Below are positions 1 to 10,554 of a stretch of DNA of 42,724 bases, piece by piece; positions within the stretch are counted from its first letter, which is position 1, and every line of letters begins with the position of its first letter. Both the position numbers and the translations under genes were made by a program. Origin of the DNA: Octopus bimaculoides (Eukaryota); assembly GCF_001194135.2 (NCBI RefSeq), contig NC_068990.1, positions 46,249,020-46,291,743 of the forward strand, read 5' to 3'. Below the pieces are notes generated by a model. That model did not search any database, was not told the DNA's origin, and saw only the letters and a list, made by a program, of their open reading frames with translations.

Positions 1-165
1 GGTGTGTTTGCGTCCCCGTCCGTAATCTAGCGGTTCAGCAAAAGAGACCGATAGAATAAGTACTAGGCTTACAAAGAATAAGTCTTGGGGTCGATTTGCT
101 CGACTAAAGGCGGTGCTCCAGCATGACCACAGTCAAATGAGTGAAACAAATAAAAGAGTAAAAGA
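1..165 (+). mobile_element. tRNA-derived SINE family A (octopus OR/CORE-type), 3' half truncated by the window start
   Basis: Near-identical to 33950-34110 (tgtttacgtccccgtaacttagcggttcggcaaaagagaccgatag...ggcggtgctccagca...agtaaaagagtaaaag) and to the 3' halves at 22.2 kb, 29.4 kb and 31.0 kb. Confidence 0.9.
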
Positions 166-194
166 CTATACTCCCAAAGGAAAAAATATATACA

Positions 195-675
195 TATGCA
201 TGTATAGGTGTGTGTGCGTGTGTGTGTAATCAATTTTCCTACTTTTTGTAAGGAAGTATTTCAACCACACTTTCTGAATTGAATCGCATACGCAGACACA
301 TACAACGGCAGATATGTATGTATGTATGCATGTATGTATGTATGTATGTATGCATGTATGTATGTATGTATGTATCTATGTGTGTATGTATGCATGTATG
401 CATGTATGTGTGTGTATGTATGTATGTGTGTGTGTATGTATGTATGTATGTATGTATATGTGTGTGTGTATGTATGTGTCGGTGTGTGTGCGTGTATTGA
501 CAATATCACACGTTGTTACTTAAAATATCGTCAATTTCACTGTATCAACATTCTTTAAGTACAATATTATGTGTATATTTTGTCTGGTATTAATGCAAAT
601 ATGTACGTATGCGTGCATTTATAGATATGTATCTGTATGCATATACGTGTGTGTGTGTGTGTGCGTGTGTGTGCG

Positions 676-773
<98 letters not shown>

Positions 774-798
774 TGTGTGTGTGTGTTTGTGTGTGTGT
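195..798. repeat. Compound microsatellites (TATG)n and (TG)n
   Basis: Direct inspection; these repeats produce the HTY/VC/MYV ORFs in the track. Confidence 0.97.
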
Positions 799-801
799 TA
801 C

Positions 802-857
802 TAGCGACATCAGTTCGCCATCTGCATCAAGTTCTGAAACTGCGTTAATTGTTGCCT
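802..857 (-). other. Candidate 56-nt internal exon (EATINAVSELDADGELMSL)
   Basis: Minus strand gtttgttttcgaattag|AG GCA ACA ... TCG CTA|gtaaca; open frame between a pyrimidine-rich acceptor and a GT donor. No homology recognised. Confidence 0.2.
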
Positions 858-3200
858 CTAATTCGAAAACAAACAGTCACCGTCGTAAAATACCATGATG
901 ATGATGATATCAATAATGACAACTGCAACCAACTCAGCAACAACAACAACAACATGATATATTACTATTATTATTTTAGGCGAACAAACTTGTTTCCTTT
1001 AACTAAATAGTAAAAAGCATTGAATCCAGCACTAAAACGTTTTAGATTTGTTAATTTATTGATAAAAATATAAATATTTAGGAAAGATAAAATAGTCAAC
1101 AGATAAATTTGGTTTCGGTTTCCATTTTCTTTATTTTTAAAAATATTTTTGTTTTCACTTTATCAACGGAAATAACTCAAGAAGCTCGTAAATGTTCAGT
1201 GGGTTGAGACTCTGAAACTACCATACACCATCACGAAATCCAATCACCTAATCCTTCGATCAGACGAGAGCCCAAAGAAGTCTAATGCGTTGAAGCGTTG
1301 CAAATGCCACAGATTACACTGATCTTCCACAAACATGAGTAATCTCTCCACTCCCACAAAATATAGAAAATGTGAAGATCGAAAGACTCATACTGTAGCG
1401 TTCCCCAAAAGACGTCTATTTCCTGTTCAAGTAAAGTCTGTCAGGCCACTTCCTGTCTTACCTTGACAACTTCATGGGCTCAAGAATGGAGGAGATATTT
1501 ATTCTGCAAGAGATTGTTTTAAAAATATATTCATCTCAGTACGTCAAACGAAGCGGCCTATATTCAGCCGACACAACAACCCTGCTGAACCAAGGAACTC
1601 GCTACATCAATAACCCATTCACTTAAATAAATATGTCAATATTGACTCTAAAAGCAATGGAGATGCAGAGCTTGTTCAGGCCAAGTAAGTTATCAATGTT
1701 CGTCCCAATCTAATTCCGAGAAAATTTCACACTCGCGGAAAGTAAGTGGCATCTTGAACATTGATCGAATTATTCGAAAAGAGAGCAAAAAATATGTATG
1801 TTGCCCCAAAATCTTTACATCGAACTTTCCTAATCCGGGACTTAAAACAAAGCAAAACAAAAGTCTCCACAACTGGAGAGATTCATTCACCTCTCTGTTG
1901 GAACAAGTCCAAGTTGAAGAGCAGATAATGTTACTTAACCTATGCGGAGCAAAGTAGAAGAAAGAAAATATGGGAGAGATAAAGAGCATTTGGGCAAAGC
2001 AGGTTCCGAATCAAATTTTACATTGGCTAAACTAACAATTTTCTTGAAGGAAAAGCTACTTGTTCGATAAAACTCTTCATGGGAGACTAAACCTAAAATC
2101 AGAAATTAACCTTGACATTAATAAATAATTGAGAATAAAAATAAAACTCCTGCTGGAGCCCGATTAAACCTATGACTCTCAAGTAGTTTGGGATTCTGTA
2201 TTTTGAAGAGAAAGGTAAGCAGAATGGCAAAGTTGAAGATTAGAGCTCCAAAGGAAAACTACGCTAATGACGGAGGATTGGTTCTCAGAGAAAATATTCA
2301 GTAAACAAATCCAATGTGATTTGATGTTACGAATATGAGTAGCTGAATAACTAGCTTCACATTTAGAACCATTCACTTGAAAAGCCTCTGTCATCAGGTT
2401 CCTCAACCATCAACTGCGCCGTAGCAAGAACCTTCTCGCATTGGAACATCCAGTTAAGCTTGCATCATTAAATTAGCAGACATTTAAATGCAAGTCTGGA
2501 TCCGATCTAGTAGTATTATCAATACCCATTGTTAGTAATACAGGATCGATAAGGCTACCTTACTGAACTTCCGTGAAGAAATTATATACTGATCTACAAA
2601 AGTTAGATTTTATTATTCCCAATATGTCTGCCAAATGAAATTGTAGAGCTGTGGATCCCTCTCTTTTTATGAGCCTTACTAAATTAAAGATTCTTTTTTA
2701 GGTCCAGTTTAGAAACCGATCTTGGCCTGTCAGATTGAGCACTCACACTCATGAATATCATAGTGGCGTGAACAGCTGCTTCACTGCCTAGCTTAGTATC
2801 AATCCCAAGCTAAACGGATGCGAATATCGAAGAGAGACAACGAAAGACCAATGACAAGTTTGCTTTCAACATAAGACTTCTCGAGGTTCATCCGACTACT
2901 ATGGAACATCAATCACCTTTAGGCTAAAGGAGATCAAACAGATTATCCCTACTCGAAAAGAAAAAAAATGGATATATAAAGGGGAGGATTCATTCGCAAG
3001 AAAATGTATTCACTAACTCTCCAAAAGTTCCAAGCCTGCCTCTCTGACCGAAACAGAAATACTATCTTTAAGATTTGTTGAACACATACGGGCACTTCTT
3101 GGAGCAAAGATTATTGGGAAGAACGTGGTTGCGTGCTTGCTTTTTTTTATATATCAGCTTGAGTAAAAGATCATTGCAGATAAACTGGTAGTTCCAGCAC

Positions 3201-3745
3201 GCGAAATTTTTTTTCCACGCGAGTTCCGGACCCCAGTTATGAACTCATTTGCATACAGCCTATCAGAGCTCAACTATCAAACTAATTTATAAGCGCATAA
3301 CAAGTGATGGGCGATAAGATAAGGTCACTTGGGTAAGGAATGACCATGCTTCTTTTCTTTCTTAAGAACGCTTGTTGCTCTTGTTCCTGTTTCAACCATG
3401 GCTGCCTCTGCGTAGTTATTTGTGTTGTTGTTTACTTTGTAAAGTAGTAAGGAGAGAAGGTTGCTAGCACATCACCCTCTACCCACATTTCCCCCCATCC
3501 ACATCTTTACCATATGGGGCCCTAACAGAATCCGATAATAAGTATAGATGCAAATCTATCTAATTACTCGTCTCCTAAAATCAGGCATAACTTGACGATC
3601 GGTCGACTTACAACACCGTTCTTCATCTTGAGTTTACTTGGTAAAGTGTGTTTGTTAAATTGACAACAAGGTCAAGTGAGCTCTGATTAGCTGTATGCAA
3701 ATGAGTTCATTACTGGCGTCCGGAACTCTCGTGGGAAAATATCGC
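3201..3745. mobile_element. MITE-like non-autonomous DNA element with ~70-bp inverted arms
   Basis: 3201-3272 (ttttccacgcgagttccggaccccagttatgaactcatttgcatacagcctatcagagctca) is the near-perfect reverse complement of 3677-3745. Non-coding interior. No TSD resolved. Confidence 0.7.
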
Positions 3746-3964
3746 TTCCGGCTCTGTAAACTATAGTCCCCAATTGCGAGATTTCTTGAAAATAGGACAC
3801 CGTTTGGCATTTGTTTTGGAAACGTTTGCATTTGACCCTAACTTGAGATGGGGAGAAGTGAGCGACGAGGTTACGAATGATTCAAATTGCTGTTTCAAAG
3901 ATGTGAGCGAAGCAGGTACACACTTTCACACACATACGTACGTTTATACATATGGCTGGTAAAC

Positions 3965-3968
3965 AGAA

Positions 3969-4030
<62 letters not shown>

Positions 4031-4075
4031 ATGTACGTATATATATATATATATGTGTGTGTGCGTATGTATGTG
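3965..4075. repeat. (TCTA)n plus (TA)n/(TG)n microsatellites
   Basis: Direct inspection. Confidence 0.95.
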
Positions 4076-4474
4076 TATGTAATTATCTATGTATGTATAA
4101 GCATATCTATATACTTTTCCCTGTTTATTAACCACAAACACCTATCATTCCTGAGAAGGCCGAAATCATATTTTGGCACAATCATACCTTTCTCAGCAAA
4201 GTATGTGAAGGGAGGTGTAGAAGTATGACATACCATGTAAAAAATTATTGGTTTTACCGTTGTCGTAACAGACTAGCAGAAATAGAAATTTGCTGCCTTC
4301 ATGCCTTGGCTAAAATTAATTAGCAGCATAAACCAAATTAAATATTTCATAATAGGGATTGAACCTAGATTGCAGGGGTTCAGTTCCTTCACAGCTTACA
4401 ACCCTCCCTTGCCTCATTGTTGTAGGTGTTGATTTTTAACATTGAGGTTACAATTTTTTTTGTGGATAAAGTGT

Positions 4475-4635
4475 TATCGATTAAATCAACCCCAGTAATA
4501 TTTAATTGATAAACGAAAGATGAAAAACAAAACCCCTACGGACAGAATTTCAACTCAGAACTTAAAAGGGACATAACTAAATACCGCAAGATATTTTTAT
4601 CCGATATTCTGCCGAGTTAGCTAATCTACCGCCCT
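4475..4635 (-). mobile_element. Degraded tRNA-SINE family N (Nin/Deu-like central domain)
   Basis: Reverse complement reads agggcggtagattagc...ttctgagttgaaattc...tttcatctttcg...actggggttgatttaatcga, matching the copies at 24538 and 37781. Confidence 0.7.
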
Positions 4636-5029
4636 GTCATTACTATAAATATTAAACATTAATAATTCATATGTACTTTTACTATTATTAATGTTGTAGT
4701 TGTGGTTGTTTAACAACTTCGATCGATTCTTGATCATGTTCCAACTTCCTGTAACATGTTAACTGAATATATTTTCTTTTTTCTTTCTTTCAGTTTTTTA
4801 TTTATATATTTACTTATTTATTTACTTTATTCAAGTTGCCGATCGTTAAATTTCCAGTTATTCCGTCTTGACTTCCTCTCTTATTCGATGATTTTAAGCT
4901 GGTCAGGGTTACTGGAGTCATCGATATTTTATCGTATTTGATAACTCACTCTCCCCCCACAATGCGGTACAATCACAAAAGGACATAGTAGTATAGAGAC
5001 TTGGAAACAACTTGCTAGTACAAGTGCAG

Positions 5030-5475
5030 TCAGTCAAAAACTCCGCATATTGCACGCCAGTAGTTTCAGGGGTCATCAGGAGAGAATGCGCATCGTTTCG
5101 GGGCCTTCTTCTTGACGGCCTCCCTCACTGATGCCACCGTCCACCCTCACTGATGCCACCGGCCTCCCTCACTGATGTGAGCCCCCACCTACTGTTTTAA
5201 CTGACTAGTATTCGGTCTCAAGTCCATTTCTGGATCATTACTTCTCCAGCCATGTTCCATCATTCCTTTTCAGCTATATCCAATGACTGACCACCTCGGC
5301 TGTCACCTAGATCTCCTTCAAGATGGTGTTTGCTTGCCGATGTTGCACACCAAATGATAGCAGCCACCATCTCAGTCTGGTCCTAATAAAACCCATACAT
5401 CCAACTTCTATAGGAAAGTGTACTGCATTCCAACCAGCATCTATACAGTCTTCCAGTAGAATCTCATGATGCTTG
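5030..5475 (-). mobile_element. 5'-truncated restriction-like-endonuclease non-LTR retrotransposon (HERO/NeSL-like): ORF C-terminus plus probable 3' UTR
   Basis: Minus strand 5475-5238 translates KHHEILLEDCIDAGWNAVHFPIEVGCMGFIRTRLRWWLLSFGVQHRQANTILKEI*VTAEVVSHWI*LKRNDGTWLEK*. The GW..FPxEVGCxGF and terminal W-rich motifs are typical of this group. The 3' UTR extent is inferred. Confidence 0.75.
5117..5182. repeat. Three-copy 22-bp minisatellite (ggcctccctcactgatgccacc)
   Basis: Units at 5117-5138, 5139-5160 and 5161-5182. Confidence 0.9.
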
Positions 5476-5618
5476 TTTTTTTCATAAGCGACGGGTTCTT
5501 TACTTTATCGAACCCAGAAGTTATGAAAGAAAAAAACTAACCTCGGTGCGATTTTAATTCAGCGCGTAATGAACCGGACTATATGTTTCTTTCACTTTCT
5601 GTTTCCCTTTTACTCTGT

Positions 5619-5644
<26 letters not shown>

Positions 5645-5649
<5 letters not shown>

Positions 5650-5725
5650 GGAATGGTCACGTTTGAAACACCTTTGATCATAGATTTGCTCGACTAGGGT
5701 TACTCTAGAGCTAAGCACCAACAGC
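5645..5725 (-). repeat. Headless interspersed repeat family X, fragment
   Basis: ggaatggtcacgtttgaaacacctttgatcatagatttgctcgactagggttactctagagctaagcac followed by (AAC/GAC)n. Strand for family X is given relative to the orientation that begins gttgtttagccccaggtcagc. Confidence 0.7.
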
Positions 5726-5753
5726 AACAGCAACAGCAATAGCAACAACAACA

Positions 5754-5785
<32 letters not shown>

Positions 5786-5956
5786 AACAACAACAACAAA
5801 AACAACAACAACAACAACTCTCTAAAGAGTATTTTTGCATTACACAAATATGTGTGGGGGGGAATCAGTAACTTTGTAAGAAACATTTTCTTGTGTGTAT
5901 ATTTTGTATAAATTGATTAGATTCTCTGGACCTAATTTACGAAACATAATTAGTGT

Positions 5957-6625
5957 NNNNNNNNNNNNNNNNNNNNNNNNNNNNNNNNNNNNNNNNNNNN
6001 NNNNNNNNNNNNNNNNNNNNNNNNNNNNNNNNNNNNNNNNNNNNNNNNNNNNNNNNNNNNNNNNNNNNNNNNNNNNNNNNNNNNNNNNNNNNNNNNNNNN
6101 NNNNNNNNNNNNNNNNNNNNNNNNNNNNNNNNNNNNNNNNNNNNNNNNNNNNNNNNNNNNNNNNNNNNNNNNNNNNNNNNNNNNNNNNNNNNNNNNNNNN
6201 NNNNNNNNNNNNNNNNNNNNNNNNNNNNNNNNNNNNNNNNNNNNNNNNNNNNNNNNNNNNNNNNNNNNNNNNNNNNNNNNNNNNNNNNNNNNNNNNNNNN
6301 NNNNNNNNNNNNNNNNNNNNNNNNNNNNNNNNNNNNNNNNNNNNNNNNNNNNNNNNNNNNNNNNNNNNNNNNNNNNNNNNNNNNNNNNNNNNNNNNNNNN
6401 NNNNNNNNNNNNNNNNNNNNNNNNNNNNNNNNNNNNNNNNNNNNNNNNNNNNNNNNNNNNNNNNNNNNNNNNNNNNNNNNNNNNNNNNNNNNNNNNNNNN
6501 NNNNNNNNNNNNNNNNNNNNNNNNNNNNNNNNNNNNNNNNNNNNNNNNNNNNNNNNNNNNNNNNNNNNNNNNNNNNNNNNNNNNNNNNNNNNNNNNNNNN
6601 NNNNNNNNNNNNNNNNNNNNNNNNN
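5957..6625. other. Assembly gap (N run). Other gaps: 14140-14149, 15428-16348, 21607-22038, 23444-23878, 29402-29411, 30634-30643, 33679-33885, 38170-38576, 41212-42103
   Basis: Runs of n, mostly bounded by microsatellites or repeats. Confidence 0.99.
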
Positions 6626-6656
6626 ATATGTATATATATATACGTGTATGTGTGTA

Positions 6657-6752
6657 TTATTCTTTTAAGAGAACAGTGTTGACTGCGACTTCGAAGTTTT
6701 TTCCGACGAAAGCCAAGCGGGCAAAAACGTCGAAGTCACTGTCAGTATTATT
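6657..6752 (-). other. Candidate exon or decayed ORF piece (NNTDSDFDVFARLAFVGKNFEVAVNTVLLKE*)
   Basis: Strong acceptor ttattcttttaccag then an open frame. The same frame extends upstream (MKVTLLIRNPKLTRWRYNLYRLYKKIAQYFL*STYSLFFYQ) with a single stop, so an old TE is equally possible. Confidence 0.2.
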
Positions 6753-7220
6753 CTGGTAAAAGAATAATGAATATGTACTCTACAAAAAGTATTGGGCAAT
6801 TTTTTTATAAAAGTCGGTATAAATTATATCTCCAGCGAGTTAACTTAGGATTCCTTATCAACAATGTAACCTTCATTTAACTAAGGTATCTTCGGCCTGA
6901 TGATTAGCTTGTGGAGTACCCCTCGTTGAGTAATTATAGCTTCCAAGGATCTGCTAGCTAGGAAACATATATAGCCTGGCTTTTACCGGCTCCATTCCCT
7001 CAACTTAGATTTTTGTTCGTATTCATAGCAACCCTAGTTGCTAGCCATCAACTATAAAATAAAAAAAAACATTTTCCAGCTTATCGAACTTCGATATGGG
7101 AAAAACCTACAACCTTCTACGCCAATAAACTACTATTGTTCCTGAACATTGTTTTTTATACTTGCCACGGACCGCTCGACGCTTATTAACTTCCTACATC
7201 TAGACCCTTGAGTCTTATAA

Positions 7221-7294
<74 letters not shown>

Positions 7295-7645
7295 GCACAT
7301 ATACATGTATATATATATGTATACATATACTTAAAAATTATTATACATATACTTATATATATACAAATACATACATACATATGTGTGTGTGTGTATGATG
7401 ATTGTAATATCTTCACAAATGATTGTTGTGTCCTCGTGCTATCTCATTGTCAATGTCATCTCTGAACTTCCATCCATGACGTATCTGATGACTACTCAGT
7501 CTCGTTGCCGATCTACGTTGTTTGAAGCATAGGTGACAGACGAAAGTTGTAACTTACTTTGGGAATCCAGCTGGTTAGGTCTGCATCTCTTGCCATTCTT
7601 CTATCGCTATACGACTTTCAATAGGTGGGATGACAAATTAGGCCA

Positions 7646-7689
<44 letters not shown>

Positions 7690-7690
<1 letters not shown>

Positions 7691-8440
7691 GCAACTCATT
7701 TTTTACTTGACTTTTTAACCCAAGAACAGAAGTTGTGCAGTATATGCGGTCGTTTACATCTCATATCATCAACATTGATTTTCGTCGTTAACTTGTCCAG
7801 CTTCTTTACTATTTTACGTAATTTTTCTGTTTCGATTCCTCTCAAACTTGGCACTCGTTCTTTCACTAGTTCATCTCTCTTTCAGCCAATGTAGTAAGCT
7901 CTTTCCCTCCTCTTTAACATCGTCTCATTCCACGAATCAAAAGTTGTTATTATCCTGGCTATTATTTCTCTCCTAATGATTTATTGAATTTTCTGCCATT
8001 TCTTGTTCGATTTCTTCTGTATAGTTTTGTTCTTCATCTTTCACTATGTTGGAAATCTCCTCCAGCTCCAACTAGGATAGCCAGAGTCTTCTCAAGATTA
8101 GATATTTTTGATCTAGAAGGCTTTATTCTGTGAAAGAATTGCGTTTTTCTCTGACAATATTTTATAGACCCTTTTCCTGTGTCCTATTTTGGTAGGCTGG
8201 TTTCTGTGTTAGCAGTCCTATTGTCGTTAGAGATCGCTTCCTTCTAATTTTTGGATGACGACCAGGCCCAGTCTACTGCTTAGCGAGACCCTTGCTGTGC
8301 GAGAGACTTGTACTTATGGATCCGGTCTCATTTACAGAGTTGTTATAATATAATAATTTTTAAATGGCATTTCACCCATAAAGGCTACTGCGGTGTTAAG
8401 TTGTTACAACCACCAGTATTTTTATCAAGATACCATCTCT
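7690..8440 (-). mobile_element. R4/Dong-like non-LTR retrotransposon, N-terminal part of the ORF (decayed)
   Basis: Minus-strand pieces GPGRHPKIRRK, QPTKIGHRKRVYKIL.EKN, E*SLLDQKYLILRRLWLS*LELEEISN and KERVPSLRGIETEKLRKIVKKLDKL match the R4/Dong N-terminal pattern P...GYRKRM..IW / EQRL.DQ...I....WLS..ELEEI. Confidence 0.75.
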
Positions 8441-8887
8441 TGCGGGCTGCCAACCAAATTTAAAGAATCCGTCCTTCCTTTGTCGTAGACAAGAGCGACT
8501 TCGACGGAGTTATGATGTTAGCACGTGCTAAATAAGACCCCCTCATAACTTTTTCCGAATTTTCACAAACTTTTTTCGATTTTGTCTTCTGCAAAATGTA
8601 ATTTATACGATTATGCCAAAAAAAAAAAATGTTTTTAAAATTTCTCCTATCCCCCAAAACTTTCCACTGTTTTTCTATTTCTTGTTTTAACTCCCGGTTT
8701 TAAAATACGGACAATCCGATTCTGCCATTTGTTTCTCTTTATACATAATTTCCGCATAGTTTTTTAAATACTTCAAAATCAGAATTGAAAAAGTCTTAAA
8801 CAATCGCGCATGCGCGTGTAAGAGAAAAATCATTTACTAACAGAAAATTATGTTAATAAAATAAAGTATCTGTAACATACCTTTAAA

Positions 8888-9470
8888 TTATTGCGGATAA
8901 ACTTCCGCTATGTGCTTTATAACCATATTGTAATTCTCCCAAGAATTGTTTACATTTCATACCATAATAATCCCTATAGATCGACATTCGACCGGAGCAT
9001 ATATCTCCACTAGATCCACATATATATTTCAGTCTCAGGTTAATTCGTGCCCGTCTGGATAGATTTTTATAGCTGGGCCACATATCCGTAAAAATAGTGG
9101 ACCCTATTATTATTTTCAATAATGACCGCTTCTAGTGTCGCTGCTTTTCGGCCAGGAACAAGTTGCAGGTAACCCTTCATTACCGTGTTATATATTCCAA
9201 GTATCCAAAACTTCTTCACCACTTTTCCAACTTCATTTTCCCTCTTAAAAGAAGGCTTTCGTCTACTTGGACTATATGATTCGAGCCACCTAATTTCTTC
9301 TTGTCTTTCAATAATTTTGGCGTACGTATTTCTCTGCAATATTCGTACCACTGGACGGCTGTCTGCTAATATTGTTCAAGGACATGCAGCTTGTCACTGG
9401 CATTTCACATATGAAGTCAAGGATTATGTGAAAAAGTGTGAATACCGTCAATTGACTTTTTTCCACAGAC
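8888..9470 (-). pseudogene. Merlin transposase remnant (DDE region and C-terminus), frameshifted and internally deleted
   Basis: With frameshifts: SVEKSQLTVFTLFHIILDFICEMPVTSCMSLNNISRQ / AVQWYEYCREI..KLLKDKKKLGGSNHIVQVDESL / KRENEVGKVVKKFWILGIYN..KGYLQLVPGRKAATLEAVII / GSTIFTDMWPSYKNL / ARINLRLKYICG / WENYNMVIKHIAEVYPQ*. Confidence 0.9.
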
Positions 9471-9480
9471 GAAAGCCTTC

Positions 9481-9653
9481 TCGTCTCATTTTGTAGATCC
9501 CGTGTCTGATGTGTTTACAAACAACGTGGAACCATACTGAGCACGAATTAAACGGTGACTGAAGAATGTATGTGGATTTTGTGGAGATATGAGACAATTC
9601 TTGAGAGAATTACAGTGTTTATAAAGCACTTAGCGGAAATTTATCTGCAATAA
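9481..9653 (+). pseudogene. Second, oppositely oriented Merlin transposase C-terminal remnant
   Basis: SHFVDPVSDVFTNNVEPY*ARIKR*LKNVCG...ENYSV/IKHLAEIYLQ*. It contains the FVDP..TNxVE motif that the left arm lacks. Confidence 0.85.
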
Positions 9654-10464
9654 TTTAAAGGTATGTTACAGATACTTTATTTTAATAACATAATTTTCTG
9701 TTAGTAAATGAATTTCTCTTATGCGCGCATGCGCGATTGTTTAAGACTTTTTCAATTCGGATTTCGATGAATTCAAAAAAAAAATATTTGGAAATTATAA
9801 AGAGAAACGAATAGTAGAATCGGACTGTCCGTATTTTAAGAAAAAAATAATAGAAAAACTGGGGGGTATGGGGGCGAGCAATTAAAAATAATTTTTTTTT
9901 TTTTTTGCATAATCGTATTAATTCCATTATGGAGAAGACAGAATCGAAAATCTTTTGTGAAAATTAGTAAATATAAAAAAGCTATGAGGAATTTTAGCAC
10001 GTTTTAGCATCATAACTCCGCTGCGACTTCTGTTGCTTCTGGTCTCCGGGTACGCATTATCATCCTTACTTCTATCATGAGCTAGTAATGCTGTGTACAA
10101 AGTTATGATAATAGAAGCAGTAGAGTGACCGAATAATTGCCTGGTTGTATTTCATTTCATCCCTTTCCTTTCGGTTGGTTCCTTAAAAAGCTTAAAATTC
10201 AAATAGTCTGCGGGTCGACTTTGCCATTTTATCGTTTGACAGCAGAAGGATTATATTCTGGAGGGAGAGGTTGTTCAGTCTGCTGGGAATAGTTTCCAAA
10301 TCTCTCTCAAATCGCACCTTAATTTACCATCGCAAATTAAGATTACAATGAGGGAACGGTCACAGTTGGAACGCCATTAATTGTAGGTTTAATTGGTATT
10401 CAGTTAGGATCCAGTGCTCAGATGGAGCCGACAAGGAGCTAAACGGTTGTACAGCGGCAATGTC

Positions 10465-10465
10465 C

Positions 10466-10517
<52 letters not shown>

Positions 10518-10518
10518 G

Positions 10519-10554
<36 letters not shown>

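Larger units (their letters stand above)
8503..10022. mobile_element. Merlin (IS1595/IS1016-like) DNA transposon derivative with ~550-bp inverted arms and an 8-bp TSD
   Basis: Perfect direct repeat GCGACTTC at 8495-8502 and 10023-10030. Termini gacggagttatgatg and catcataactccgct (inferred consensus GGCGGAGTTATGATG). 8503-~9050 is the reverse complement of ~9540-10022. Merlin transposase motifs inside. Confidence 0.92.

Noticed and set aside
3774-3962. Plus-strand ORF with a GCAG|GTACAC donor as an exon
   Set aside because: No convincing acceptor, no recognisable homology, and the length is expected by chance.
5060-5085. Minus-strand CTGATGA-CCCCT-GAAAC as a hammerhead ribozyme
   Set aside because: The five intervening bases cannot form stem II and no stem I or III pairing was found.
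5117-5182. CRISPR-like array
   Set aside because: The 22-bp units are directly adjacent with no unique spacers, and the context is eukaryotic.
6677-6684. GCGACTTC identical to the Merlin TSD
   Set aside because: It is an isolated 8-mer with no Merlin terminus next to it; a chance match is plausible in 42 kb.
6985-7048. Very strong minus-strand acceptor (ttttttttattttatag) as a coding exon start
   Set aside because: All three frames hit a stop within six codons.
9380-9470. Plus-strand HAACHWHFTYEVKDYVKKCEYRQ resembling an integrase zinc finger inside the Merlin
   Set aside because: The minus strand of the same bases gives a continuous Merlin motif (EKSQLTVFTLFHIILDFICEMPV...AVQWYEYCRE), so the resemblance is coincidental.
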